Virus record (IMG/VR): IMGVR_UViG_651703056_000001
Span: 50,769 to 114,768 of that record
DNA length: 64,000 nt
Origin: a virus
Taxonomy: Duplodnaviria; Caudoviricetes
Reading direction: 5' to 3' (one strand)
Shown here: piece by piece, positions 26,119-37,600 of the stretch
Layout: the number at the start of each line of letters is the position of its first letter
Numbering within the stretch: the stretch's first letter is position 1
The notes under the pieces: model-generated
Told to the model about the DNA's origin: nothing
Database searches by the model: none
Seen by the model: only the letters and a program-made list of their open reading frames with translations
Position numbers and translations under genes: made by a program

Positions 26119-27954
26119 TTAAGCTATTCTTCTAAAACGATATACAGAAACTGATGGTTGCCAGTTGTTGTGATTTGTATTATCTCCACTATTTTGAACA
26201 CTAGCACCATCGCTATCCTGCTTGGTAAATAAACCATTATGTGAAGGATTGCCAGCCATAGCAGATGTTCCGTTAATCGCTACCTGAGGATATACTATGC
26301 TACCAGTACCCCATGCATAAGTATATGACTGATGCCCGTTGAAATGCTTAAAGTAGTGGCTATGTGATGTTAGGGGGTTAACTGAACCCACCGACCTATT
26401 TCCGCTGTTGATTGAATCATCTCCTTCATCAACACCAACTGTTACCCGACCATTGCCGAATCGTTCCCAACGACCTCCCATGATATTAGCAGGATTTTCA
26501 CTACTAGTACTTTCAAATATACATCCTACTGGGTAGAATATGTCAATTAGTAATTTACCATTTATTGACATATCACCAGAAACTTGGAAATTTTCTTTGC
26601 CCTCTTCAAATACCTTACCGACTGATGCACCAGTTGTACCCCAAGACATAGGCACTTGTGCCACAGGAATAACTGTAGTAGATACAGTTGACATAAATTC
26701 ATCGTACATTGTAATTCTAATATTATATACTTTATCTATGTCTATAGCATCTTTAACTATTTTTCCTGACCAGCTTTCCCGAGTGGCACTACTATTTTGC
26801 TCTAATAAAATCCAACTTTTATTCATCTGTTGATATTCTATTTTATACCCCATAGCATTATCGACACCAATTGCTTTTGAAGTTCCTGACCATGTGATAT
26901 CTATAATCTCTTGAGCATCTTTCCTTCTTAGAGCCGATATTGTAGTGGTGGGATTGCTATATGGTGCTAGATTAATAGGTTGAGAGGAAGTGGCTTTATA
27001 TCCACGACTATCTGTTACAGTCACTATGATGTCTAATTTTCCAGATTCTGCAACAAACCCTGAAACTATAGGGTTTCCTGTATATGTTGCATTACCAACT
27101 TTTGTTTCAATTTTAGAAATCGTACTATACATTTTAGAACTTGCATTTGTATCAACTTTTAATTTTGATTTTGATTGGACATAAACAGCTCCCACTGCCG
27201 TGGTTACTTCTGGACTTCCTTCTGATATTGTAAATCCATTAATAACTGGTTGGAATCTACTATCATCAACTGTATTTATTGTTAACTTTGCACTAGAAGA
27301 ACCTATTTTTGTTTCACCACTATATGTATCACAAACTATTGTTCCCCATCCAGAAGTTTCGTTTGGAATGTACCTCGATAAATCCATACTTGGTGTTATA
27401 TCTGTATCAACATAGTTAATTTTGTCTGCAAAAGTGTTCTCGTTTCCGTACCACTTGAATGTAAGAGTATGATTAAAACTACTACTAGCTCTATCAATAT
27501 GTATATTTGCTCTATCACCAAAGTTGATTGTTGATGGATAAACAGAAACAGAACTTGTTCTTGGTATGGTGTTTAATGTTCCACCTCCAGAAACAGTCCG
27601 ATTACCATAAAAAACTCCATTGAATGTTACATTTATATTGTATGTAGCAGAGAAGCTAAACGATTTTGTTCCATCTGCATTATGAGGTATAGTCCAATTA
27701 CCTGCAAAAAGCAATTTCTTTTGATTTGCACCTAAGTCAGAAGAATTTGTCCATGTTCTTCTTTCTCCGTTTATCGTCATAGAGCCTGCATTTTGAACTG
27801 GGGCATACATTGCTCCATAAACGTCCATTGACTGTAAAAATAATTTACCTGTAATAACAGAGTTATTACTAGGTATGCTTTGAGATGCTATGTTCCACTC
27901 AAAGACTAACCTGTGTCTCGCAAATGAGACATAGGTAGAGCCACTTGAAGCCAT
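26119..27954 (-). CDS. Minor tail/baseplate protein (DUF859-like N-terminus, gp53-like C-terminus), candidate receptor-binding protein
   Basis: W.I.SQSI..N.S, HNADGTKS and TIPRTS; C-terminal YPVGCIF...NP...GGRWERFG.GRV.VGVD and HNNWQP...YRFRRIA. Confidence 0.75.
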   Translation of the reverse strand: MASSGSTYVSFARHRLVFEWNIASQSIPSNNSVITGKLFLQSMDVYGAMYAPVQNAGSMTINGERRTWTNSSDLGANQKKLLFAGNWTIPHNADGTKSFSFSATYNINVTFNGVFYGNRTVSGGGTLNTIPRTSSVSVYPSTINFGDRANIHIDRASSSFNHTLTFKWYGNENTFADKINYVDTDITPSMDLSRYIPNETSGWGTIVCDTYSGETKIGSSSAKLTINTVDDSRFQPVINGFTISEGSPEVTTAVGAVYVQSKSKLKVDTNASSKMYSTISKIETKVGNATYTGNPIVSGFVAESGKLDIIVTVTDSRGYKATSSQPINLAPYSNPTTTISALRRKDAQEIIDITWSGTSKAIGVDNAMGYKIEYQQMNKSWILLEQNSSATRESWSGKIVKDAIDIDKVYNIRITMYDEFMSTVSTTVIPVAQVPMSWGTTGASVGKVFEEGKENFQVSGDMSINGKLLIDIFYPVGCIFESTSSENPANIMGGRWERFGNGRVTVGVDEGDDSINSGNRSVGSVNPLTSHSHYFKHFNGHQSYTYAWGTGSIVYPQVAINGTSAMAGNPSHNGLFTKQDSDGASVQNSGDNTNHNNWQPSVSVYRFRRIA

Positions 27955-30900
27955 TAAGTAATTCCTCCTACATATCTTATAATTGTTACTGGTGATTCAT
28001 CTGAGAATTTAGTAATCAAATGATTACCAATTGTTGCTGACTCAAGGAAGACCCCTTTTTGGATATTAAGAACTTCCCCCGTAATAAATGCTACGTCAAC
28101 GTTGTTATCCCAGAAGACGATTTTATCACTTGTTACTTGAATTGCCATTTTTGATTGTGCATTAGAAATGAACATTCCCTCTTCACTAAATGTAAATGAT
28201 TCATTAATGAAATTCCATTTGACTTTCATTCTATCATAGAACCCCTCAACAATAGTTGTTCTATCATTTACATTGTTTATATCTTCTTTGTTTTGAGTTG
28301 AAACATCTTGAAGATTGTTAATTGTAGTTTGATAATCGTGTTCTAACCAAGATGTATAATCTTCATTAGAGACTGCATTTTGAGCCTGAACTAAAGCATC
28401 ATTAGCTGTATTAGCAACAGATGCTAAATCATCGAGTCCTGCTTTATTTGATAGACCACTATCAGAACTAGCTTGAACATATCTTGGATTTAATTGCCAT
28501 CTATAATCTGATGGATTTTGAGAGTCTTTTTCTCCAACACCCACATACATAGGTATTGCATCCTGCCATTGAGCTTGTGACTCACTTTGGCTTGGTGTCA
28601 AAGGAGTAGCGATTGAACCTGGTTCTATCTTTAAGTCCCATATACTAAATGTACCTACTTTATTAGCAAACCCATTAATATATAGCTGTTGGTCTGACTC
28701 ACTTGGAATACTAGAACTGGTTCTTAGTTGAATAACAACTTTTTGGTCTCCGTTGCTAGATAAAATTGTAGGATTATTAAGTTGATTAACAAAATTATGT
28801 TGAGCTGGGGCATTGGCGAAGAGTACACCAGGTTTTATATCTGTTGATACGTTTGCCATGAAGCTTAGTACATAATCAGTATCAGGCTTAAATTTATCCT
28901 TTTGAAGACCTGAAAACATATAAACAGCCCAATCAGTAGAAGCTCTGGTGTAAGTAAAATTATATTTATAGCCACTATTAAAAGGTACATATTGTGCCGT
29001 GTATTCACCATTTCCGCCCAGTAGCCAACTTTTATCATTTGAATTACTTCCATCCAGCAGATTCAAGTTCGGATAAGTAGTACTGAATCTATCAGTTCCG
29101 TCAGCGTTCCAAGAGTATGCGGTATACGCATTTGAGTCCTGTCCTTTGAAGATTGCCCATTGATATTTACTGTAGTCTAAGCTTGATTCAACATTACTGT
29201 CTGTGTACTGACCGATGTAGCTTGGCCAGTCAGCGGTTGTGACTTCACTTGATGAGGGCATCCAAGGAGTGGCAGTTGAACCTAGTTCCCATTTATGACC
29301 AGCATTCCATAAGATTGAATCTGCACCTGAACCAGTTATTTCATATTTGGCATAAATAGTATCACCGGCTTTCAAAGTTACTTGAAATGAATCTCTTAAC
29401 CAATCAAATGTATCACCAATTCGTTTATTGGGTATTATAGATCCAGTAGCACCACCATTTATAGTAACAAATCGATATACACTTACTGCACTACCAGACC
29501 CTTTTACATAAGCTGAGAAAGTGTAAACACCGTCTTTAGGGGCAGTAAATGTTTTATAGATACCGTTCCATTGAGCGGTTCTTTTCTTAACAGTTAATCC
29601 TTTATATGTTCCGTCAGTTACCCAACTACTTGAATTTGTCCAAGTCCCGCTAAAATCTTTAGTACCGTCTAACAAATTCAAATTCGGATAAACAGTGCTG
29701 AATCTATCAGTTCCGTCTGCGCTATAAGACCATGCTGTGTGGAAATATGAGTTATTTCCATTTTCTCCTAAAATACGACTCCATGTATAATCAGAAGGAT
29801 TGATGCTGTCAGTAGCAGTGTAATCTGTGTAAGTTCCTATATACGCATATTTAACAGGATTGGTTAGATTTTCCACCTCAATCTCGATATCAAAATCCAC
29901 TTGTGAGCTATCTGCTACGCCACCAAAGTTTAATTGCATCCAAACATTGCTAGTTGTTGCGGTGTATTCTAACTGATATTCCGTTGATGCTATAATTTCG
30001 TTTGGTAACACAATTTTACTTGTTGATGTAACGCTCTCTGTATATGCGTTGTTTACTACAAACTGCAAGCCATAGTTATTATATAATCCAAAGGCTAGGC
30101 GGTTGGTATAGTGGACGGTAAATCTAAGTTTGTCACCAACTTTAGCTGGGAATGATTTAGATAATACTTCATATCCGCTAGTGCCTTTTCCAGTAACTTT
30201 AAAACTTCTGTCGGCATTACTAACAAAGTTGTAAGTAGAACTAGACATTGAAGTGTTTTTCGCCCAGCTAGTAAAATTTAAAATATCTAGTCCAACAGCT
30301 GATTTATAATCAGGATTAAAATCAAGAGTACCGTCTGCGCTGTTGGCATAAGCAGTGTGAGTATATGCTTTATTTCTATCAATAATAACTGGCAAGGTTT
30401 GTTCATCAATTAAATTAAGTGTGCTTCCTGCAAGATAAAATTGTAATTTTACATGTGTTATATCCTTATCGAATGGTTTATATGTTACTATAGATTCATC
30501 AGAAGATGAAGTGTATTTAAGAAAATAATTCTTCCCACCATCTTTTGATTCATAAATTTTATATCTACCTAGATATTCTGTTGTACTGCCACCTACTAAT
30601 TCTTGATTCCCTATTACAGTGATTGGTGTATTGACCCATTCGTCATAAGGTGTTTTTCGCAAAGAATCAGAAGTAAGCATCCAGCGATTTATGTTTCCTG
30701 ATGTATCTTTATATTTCTTTATTTTAAACTCTTTTTTCAGAGTTTCTTTTCCTTGGGTTGCAACTATAACTATTGTTTCCAAGTCTGTTTTTGCTGATAA
30801 GACTTTTACTGTATTTTTTGAAACTGTATAAACTACATTGTTGTTTCTCTCAACAGAGAAAGTCCAATTGCTTGTATCTAAAACACCGTCTCTATATACA

Positions 30901-33680
30901 TTCATTTCTGTCGAAGCATAATCATAATTTCCTGACGAGCCGTTAGGGTCTGTGAAAATTGTAATGAAGTCATTTGATAAAGTTGAAACTATAGTTCCCT
31001 TTAGAGGAGCTATATCATCTTCTGTAACGAGATTGGAGTCAGCTCCAATTGTAACTTTCTTATTAAGTTTTATTTCACCTGTATTAAGGTTGATGATAAT
31101 TCCATCATCTTTGCCTTTAATAACACCCGCATTCATTACTAAGTCAGCGTTGAACTCTGTTTTACTATTAATCTCTAATAGCTTACCATCAATCTTGACA
31201 CCTTCCTCAGAAAGATTTAATGCAGTAACAACATTATCATTTTTGACGTAATTCAAAGAAATTCCAGTTTCGAGAGTTTTTATTTCAGACCTAGTATAAT
31301 CAAATGATATAATTGATTCTAACGCTTGTTTCTTTTTATCATAGTTGATAAATTTCTCTTTAAATACTTCTGGGGCAATTGTTGTTGTTTTTGTTATATT
31401 AGCATCATCTAAGATAGAATAACCATCTGATTGTTGTGTTTGATTTAAATATTTATTCAAATCTTCATATGCTATAACATACTCATTATACTCATCAGGA
31501 TAAGGATTTTCTTTAGTAGGTTTTCCTCTTCCTTTCATGAAAGAAGAAATCATAGAGCTGTGTATATCTGTGATTTTAGTCCATTGATTCTTTAATTGTT
31601 TCTTTTCATACTCGTTGATTAAATTATCATTTGCAATCTCATCATAAGTAAGCAACAATTTATTCCATGATTCGATAACGTTCTTAGGGTTTCCCTCATG
31701 ACCACTCATGATTTTAATTGAATCCATGTTGACTGTCAGACCAGTATTGTCAATAACAAAGCTACCTGAATCGTTTGTAATAATCAGATTATTACCTGCT
31801 AAAATTTTACCGATAAGTGTTTCAGCAATAACTCCATTAGGTGTAATTGATGTATTCCATGTCTTACCATTGTCTTTAGAGAGGGCTACAACACCTGATT
31901 GAATAATAATTACTTCGTTTGGAAAATCTGGGTTACGAACCATCATACCATGATTATCAAGAGTGATTGATTCATTTGCACCAGCGACAATACGATTATC
32001 GACCGCTTTAATTTCTTTATCTCTCCAAGCTGTAACTTCATCTTTAACTTCTACAATGTTGTTCCATTTGTATTTGTTATTTTCTAAGATTGAAGACGAC
32101 GACTCCGCCTGATAAATAATTGTTGCTAATCTATCAAGAGCATCAATGTCATCCATATTGTCAGATATTTCAAGTTGGAAATCGCCAGAAACTAAATCAC
32201 CACTATAACCAATGATAATTGATGTATATTCTTCATCTAATTTGTTAGATTTAATCTTAACTTCTTCACCAATTTCTAATCTTCCATGATACTTCTTAGA
32301 CTCAATAGAATTAATGAATGATGCTAAATCTGTCTTAAATGAGCGTGTTGGTTTTTGATATTTCTCAAATTCATCTACAGTTGCTTTATATAATTCTTTT
32401 GCATCAATATATCTGTCATCTGAGAAATCTTTCTCATAAATAAATAATTTTAACTCTTCCACTAAATCTGCTCTAAAAGAATTTGTTGAGATAATTTCTT
32501 GATAACCAACTATTGTCTTATTCCAAACTTCAATAGTTTTATTTATAGAATCAATTTCTGAACCTTTGTCATCAACTTGTTTTTGTTTTGCAATGATTTC
32601 AGACTCTCTTTGAGCAGTCAAAGATTTATTGTTTGTTGACTTTGCAGTATCTAACAGAGCTTGTAGGGTAATCATTTCTCCGTCAAGGTCAGCTTTTTCA
32701 GACATTTTTTTTGTTAAATCAACATATCCTTGATTGATTAATTTTTGTAGATTATCAATTTTTGGATTATAGACTTTTTGTAATTCCATCAAATCTAACA
32801 AAGCATGAGCTAAATCATCAGACATGTAATCTGAATGGTGTAATACATTTTTATGTTCATCACGCTTAAATGGCTGTATGAAATATGAGAAATCTTCAAT
32901 ATATCGCATACCAGTTGGATTCGCTGATGAAATATCTAAATCTTCATTCCCTTTCGCATACATTCTTGTGACTATTTCTTCTGATGTTGATGAAATATCT
33001 ATAGAATTTGCATAGTTTTCACGTTTAAGAACAACACCACGAAACACTCTTAATTCATCAATTGTTAAAAGATTTAATGTTCTTGTTTCTCCATCGAAAT
33101 CTGTTATTGCTCCATAAGCTTCAATACCGCTTTGAATGGCTTCATATCTTGTTTGCTTATCTTGTTCTGAAAATGTTCTATATGTATTTTTTAATTTATT
33201 TGAAATGTGTCCCAGTTTCCAAGGTGACTGTTCGAGAACTTTACGGAAATATTCTTCTGCTCCAATACTTGTTCCATCTATCGTAACATTTGTTGTTCTG
33301 AGTTCACTCTCTAAACTATCACAAGATATCTTAGTTGTAATTCCGTCACTTGAATCATTTTTTTCAATGGTTATGATTCTAAACCAATTTACTCTACCTC
33401 CATACCACGTTAATTTAATAAGTTTCTCTTCTTTGATGCTATCTAGGTCAGGGTTTTTGATGTATTCAATTTCATCAGTTACACCTTTACTTTTAGACTC
33501 TACCAAATAAGGTATTTCAAATTCAAAATGTGGGAGTGAGTTTAGTTTAACATCTGATATATTAGCTGTGTTAATATTTGAGATGTTCTGTGTTATGACT
33601 TTACTAGGAAGAGCAAGTTGAACCTTAAACGGTCTCTTACTTCTAGTTAGGTCTAGGTCTAACCCTAAATCTTTTAACAT
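27954..33680 (-). CDS. Tal / host-specificity tail protein with three carbohydrate-binding-like cassettes
   Basis: N-terminal tail-spike/endopeptidase-like region (VTRMYAKG); repeated A(Y/W)..SADGT..F and PNLNLLDG modules; located downstream of Dit. Confidence 0.8.
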   Translation of the reverse strand: MLKDLGLDLDLTRSKRPFKVQLALPSKVITQNISNINTANISDVKLNSLPHFEFEIPYLVESKSKGVTDEIEYIKNPDLDSIKEEKLIKLTWYGGRVNWFRIITIEKNDSSDGITTKISCDSLESELRTTNVTIDGTSIGAEEYFRKVLEQSPWKLGHISNKLKNTYRTFSEQDKQTRYEAIQSGIEAYGAITDFDGETRTLNLLTIDELRVFRGVVLKRENYANSIDISSTSEEIVTRMYAKGNEDLDISSANPTGMRYIEDFSYFIQPFKRDEHKNVLHHSDYMSDDLAHALLDLMELQKVYNPKIDNLQKLINQGYVDLTKKMSEKADLDGEMITLQALLDTAKSTNNKSLTAQRESEIIAKQKQVDDKGSEIDSINKTIEVWNKTIVGYQEIISTNSFRADLVEELKLFIYEKDFSDDRYIDAKELYKATVDEFEKYQKPTRSFKTDLASFINSIESKKYHGRLEIGEEVKIKSNKLDEEYTSIIIGYSGDLVSGDFQLEISDNMDDIDALDRLATIIYQAESSSSILENNKYKWNNIVEVKDEVTAWRDKEIKAVDNRIVAGANESITLDNHGMMVRNPDFPNEVIIIQSGVVALSKDNGKTWNTSITPNGVIAETLIGKILAGNNLIITNDSGSFVIDNTGLTVNMDSIKIMSGHEGNPKNVIESWNKLLLTYDEIANDNLINEYEKKQLKNQWTKITDIHSSMISSFMKGRGKPTKENPYPDEYNEYVIAYEDLNKYLNQTQQSDGYSILDDANITKTTTIAPEVFKEKFINYDKKKQALESIISFDYTRSEIKTLETGISLNYVKNDNVVTALNLSEEGVKIDGKLLEINSKTEFNADLVMNAGVIKGKDDGIIINLNTGEIKLNKKVTIGADSNLVTEDDIAPLKGTIVSTLSNDFITIFTDPNGSSGNYDYASTEMNVYRDGVLDTSNWTFSVERNNNVVYTVSKNTVKVLSAKTDLETIVIVATQGKETLKKEFKIKKYKDTSGNINRWMLTSDSLRKTPYDEWVNTPITVIGNQELVGGSTTEYLGRYKIYESKDGGKNYFLKYTSSSDESIVTYKPFDKDITHVKLQFYLAGSTLNLIDEQTLPVIIDRNKAYTHTAYANSADGTLDFNPDYKSAVGLDILNFTSWAKNTSMSSSTYNFVSNADRSFKVTGKGTSGYEVLSKSFPAKVGDKLRFTVHYTNRLAFGLYNNYGLQFVVNNAYTESVTSTSKIVLPNEIIASTEYQLEYTATTSNVWMQLNFGGVADSSQVDFDIEIEVENLTNPVKYAYIGTYTDYTATDSINPSDYTWSRILGENGNNSYFHTAWSYSADGTDRFSTVYPNLNLLDGTKDFSGTWTNSSSWVTDGTYKGLTVKKRTAQWNGIYKTFTAPKDGVYTFSAYVKGSGSAVSVYRFVTINGGATGSIIPNKRIGDTFDWLRDSFQVTLKAGDTIYAKYEITGSGADSILWNAGHKWELGSTATPWMPSSSEVTTADWPSYIGQYTDSNVESSLDYSKYQWAIFKGQDSNAYTAYSWNADGTDRFSTTYPNLNLLDGSNSNDKSWLLGGNGEYTAQYVPFNSGYKYNFTYTRASTDWAVYMFSGLQKDKFKPDTDYVLSFMANVSTDIKPGVLFANAPAQHNFVNQLNNPTILSSNGDQKVVIQLRTSSSIPSESDQQLYINGFANKVGTFSIWDLKIEPGSIATPLTPSQSESQAQWQDAIPMYVGVGEKDSQNPSDYRWQLNPRYVQASSDSGLSNKAGLDDLASVANTANDALVQAQNAVSNEDYTSWLEHDYQTTINNLQDVSTQNKEDINNVNDRTTIVEGFYDRMKVKWNFINESFTFSEEGMFISNAQSKMAIQVTSDKIVFWDNNVDVAFITGEVLNIQKGVFLESATIGNHLITKFSDESPVTIIRYVGGIT
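29083..29717. repeat. 20-bp exact direct repeat (ctgaatctatcagttccgtc) at 29083-29102 and 29698-29717 delimiting an in-frame 615-bp cassette
   Basis: Direct sequence comparison; encodes DGTDRFS in both copies. Confidence 0.85.
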
Positions 33681-33713
33681 AGCATTTACTCCTCTATATA
33701 TTTCCTTTATACT

Positions 33714-33751
33714 CTATTATACCATAATTCTTGCATAGGCGCAAGTGCAAA
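33714..33751 (-). promoter_or_regulatory. Tail-module promoter, TTTGCACTTGCGC-type
   Basis: Minus strand TTGCGC-17-TATAAT with TATGGTATAATAG; the same motif occurs at 46665-46702. Confidence 0.7.
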
Positions 33752-33762
33752 GTTATATATAT

Positions 33763-33792
33763 AAAAAAAATAAGATGCCTAAGCATCTTATT
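33763..33792 (-). terminator. Intrinsic terminator after dit
   Basis: aataagatgc-ctaa-gcatcttatt with an A8 run (U tract on minus strand). Confidence 0.7.
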
Positions 33793-34552
33793 TAATATAG
33801 TATGGTTGATAGGTAATAATGACCTTGAGGTTTTGACTTGCTGGGACACTAACTGTATTTACCTTTTTCAAAAAACTTAATTTAGATAAATCTCCCACAT
33901 AATCTGAATAATGATATACATTATCTAAATTACTAGAAATTTCTTCCTCGTAAGGATTTATTGTAACAACTTCATTTGCTTTCAAATTCTTTATCTGTAG
34001 TGTATATCCATTTACTGTTATTGAATATGCTCCATCTTTCAATGGATATAAATCAATATTCATCTCTGGATTTATTTTACCATCCAACGTAACACTAATT
34101 GAATCTTTGTTTGCCATCTTTTCAAATGACAAGATATTTCCATACATATATGGAGAGTTAGTTATCATAGAAACAACTATATAACCTCTTCCAGTTCCTG
34201 TATGTACTATCCTAGATTCTCCATTTGGCATCGCATAGACAAATTTATTCAATCCTTCAAATTGTAATTTACTGTAGTACTCTTTACCATAGAGCCAATC
34301 AATTACTTTGTTGATTAATTCATCTGTGAAATCTTTCTCGAAAGCTAAATTCAATTCAAATGACAAATCTTCATAAGTCACACCATTGAATAGTGATTTT
34401 CGTACATCTTTCACCGTCTCTGAGTTAACAGTTCGACTTGCAACTAATGCTTCATCAAACATTCCATTATCCATAGAAACGTTTATAATTCCAAATTCGC
34501 TAGTATTCTTTCCGTTGTATGTAAAACTCATCTTATCTTTAATAGTACTCAT
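33788..34552 (-). CDS. Distal tail protein (Dit)
   Basis: Lies between TMP and Tal; FTYNGK.TSEFG, WL and SPYMYG typical of Sipho_tail/Dit. Confidence 0.8.
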   Translation of the reverse strand: MSTIKDKMSFTYNGKNTSEFGIINVSMDNGMFDEALVASRTVNSETVKDVRKSLFNGVTYEDLSFELNLAFEKDFTDELINKVIDWLYGKEYYSKLQFEGLNKFVYAMPNGESRIVHTGTGRGYIVVSMITNSPYMYGNILSFEKMANKDSISVTLDGKINPEMNIDLYPLKDGAYSITVNGYTLQIKNLKANEVVTINPYEEEISSNLDNVYHYSDYVGDLSKLSFLKKVNTVSVPASQNLKVIITYQPYYIK

Positions 34553-34603
34553 TTTACCAACTTTCTATAAAAATAATTGAAGGGTGGGTTACACCCTATC
34601 CAA

Positions 34604-37600
34604 TTATCTACGTGATTTCAATCTATCCATAACTTCGTCTGCAAATCTAACAGCACCTTCTTTGTCACCACGATAGTTTTCAAAGTTGAATTGCATATCG
34701 CCTACAACTAAGCTATTACCAGACTTAGAGGCTTGTATTGATTTTATAAAGTCATTGAGTTGATTTTTAGTTTTGTCTACAATTGATACTGTTTTTAAAA
34801 TATCGCTTGTTTGATTTTTATTTAAGACCATTTCTTTCTTGTGGAGCATGGCAACTTTGCCTTGATTGCCGAACCAATCACCAGTATAACCACCAGTATC
34901 AAAGGGAATCAACAACTTTCTACCAATTGGAACTCGGTAAGGGTCAATACCACCATTGGCTTTTTGAATCTTAGTCCATTGATAATAATTTCCATAATAC
35001 TTCTTAGCTAAATCCCAAAGTGTATCTCCATTAACAACTGTGTGTGTAGCTTTTACTCCTGTTTGTCTTGCAGGTCTTGATGCAGGTTTTGGTTCAGGTG
35101 GAAGATAAGGATTTACATCTCTATGTGCTATAAACGAACTTGTTGCACCAGTAGTATAGTTAGGGTTGTTGACGTTGTTTCCTTTTTGTTGACTTGCATT
35201 CAAGTCATTTAAGTTTTTATTTATACTATTGAGTTCTGTTAATTGGTCTTTTATACTTAACCATATATTTGATACATCAGTTAGATTATCTCCAACAATA
35301 GATTTGATATCATCAGGACTCAAGTTTTCTGTCCCCATGATTCCTTTTCCATTGCCACTCATTAATTCAGATAGTTCATCTTGCATATCATTCATCATTT
35401 GAGTTAAGACATTTGTATCACCTGCATTCCATTTGTCTACTGCATTTTTCCATGATGTATCATCACTGATTAACTTATCATAATAATCTTGAATTTGTTT
35501 AGACTTATCATTGATTTCACTGACATTATTATCATAATTTGTGTTTTCATTATCTTTATTTTTATTTACTTGGTCGAGTTGTTCTTGTTTTTGTTTATCA
35601 AGTTGTTCTTTCCAGAGTGTATCTTGTCTCTCTAATTGAGCATCTGTGATATCTTTATTCAAGTCCGTCAGTTGCTTTTGCAAGTCTGCTAAAGCCTTTT
35701 TACCCTCTAACGAATTATCTCTTGAAGCTAATGATATTTTTTGCATAAAATCTGCACGTTTAGCATTAAAGTCTTCTATCTTCTTAGCATATGTTTCTTC
35801 GGCTTTTTCCGAATCACGTTCTTTCACTTTTGCATCGTAGACTTCATTTATTTTTGAAATCTCATCATCGTATGATTTTATTTTTGCATCATGTGTTGTT
35901 TTTAGGTTTTCAAGCTCTTTTTCAGTAGATTGTTTGCTTAATGTTTGCATTTGTTTATAATAGTTTTTGAGTGAAGATACTTCGTCTTGTGCAACTTTTT
36001 CACGAGCATCGGCAACTGCTTTTTGTTCTTTTAAGGTATCAAGAACAGCACTATTATAATTCTTTTGAGCTTCCTCAAGCATCTTTTGCATTTCAATAGC
36101 TTGTTTAGATGAAGCACCATATTTTTTGCTTGCATTATTATATTCAGCTTGATATTTAGCAACTTGATTCTTGTACGTAAGTTCAAGTTTTTGTTGTTGC
36201 TCTATCATGTCATATTGAATCTTAAGCTGTTGACCTACATCATTTGGATTGGTGTATTGAAGTTTCTCGTTCTTGAAGTTTAATGCATCTTTAGCTTTTT
36301 GAATAGAACCAATTGTCTTATCCCAATTGTTTCCAATATCAGCAATATAGTCAAGATAAATATCAATGTCACTTTGTCTGATTTCGTTATTAAGATTTTC
36401 AATTTGTGTTTCAAGTTTCCACAAGTTACCTGAGTTTGTGTCATACTCCTGTTGCAACTCATTGTAACGTTTGCGTTGAGCTTCTGTATGTTTATTTGTA
36501 TGTCTTAATCCTTCAAGTTCTTTAGCAATTGCATTTTGACGTCTAATCATTGCTTGATACTGAGCTTGTTGTTGGTTTAATAAACTCTTGTTTAAGTTTT
36601 GAATACCAAGTAACTGATTACGATAAGCAACTGTATTCTCAATTAATCGTTTCAAAACAGATTCTGATTTGTCAATCTTAGTTTGAGTTTGGTCGATTGT
36701 TAAACCTGCTGTGTCTCTATGATAGAGAGCATCTAATGAGTTACCAGCACTTTCTCCGAACACAGGAATAAATTCTTGCATTGTCTGAATAGCTGGGGTG
36801 ATACTAGGAACATAAGTACCTGCTCCACCTTCTCCTGAGCTACCAGAACCAGATTCGCCTTCACTTCCTGCAAATCCTCCGCCTAGTGCACCCATTCCAT
36901 TAGTACCTCTTATTCCGAAGAGACTACCTAGACCAAGTTTTTGAGCTGTTTGTAACCACAAATCAATACCACGGTCTCTACGTTGTGGGATAAGTGGGAT
37001 GATTGCTTCTTCACCCTCTTCACCATGCCACGCAAGTTCAGGTGTATCAACGAATCCACCATTATAGTATCCGTGTCCACTATAAGCATTAACTAATGAA
37101 CCATACCTACCGAGTGCATATCTGATTGAAGCAAGAATGTTATCGAGAGGGGAGTAGATATTATTATATCCTGGCATTTTATTCGCTTGGAAAGTTGGGT
37201 CAATAACTTGCATAAGACCTTTAGATGGTGTTCCATTCACAGCATTAACATCCCAACCATTGATTGCCATTGGGTTACCACCAGACTCAGTTTGCATTTG
37301 ATATAGCAATGCTTGCAAGTTTTGTGGTGTGAATTGACCAGTCATCATCAAAGCTTGTGAAGCTACGCCAGTCCATTGTTGAACACCTGCACCAGCGACA
37401 CCTCCACCGCCTCCTCCAAACGCACCTGCTAAAGCAGAGAAGTCGCCTGAGACGTAAGCTTTAATTTTATCTAGTGTATCAAATACTCCGCCACCAAAGT
37501 CTTTAAATACTTCTTTACCAAGTTCTTTAAGGTTTCCACCTGTTAAACCATTACTCAAACCTGCAATTACATATCCACCTAATTCCTCGAACACACGAGA

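Noticed and set aside
26119-30365. Diversity-generating retroelement or invertible shufflon acting on the RBP
   Set aside because: No reverse transcriptase and no adenine-specific TR/VR pair; the repeats are direct and in frame, not inverted.
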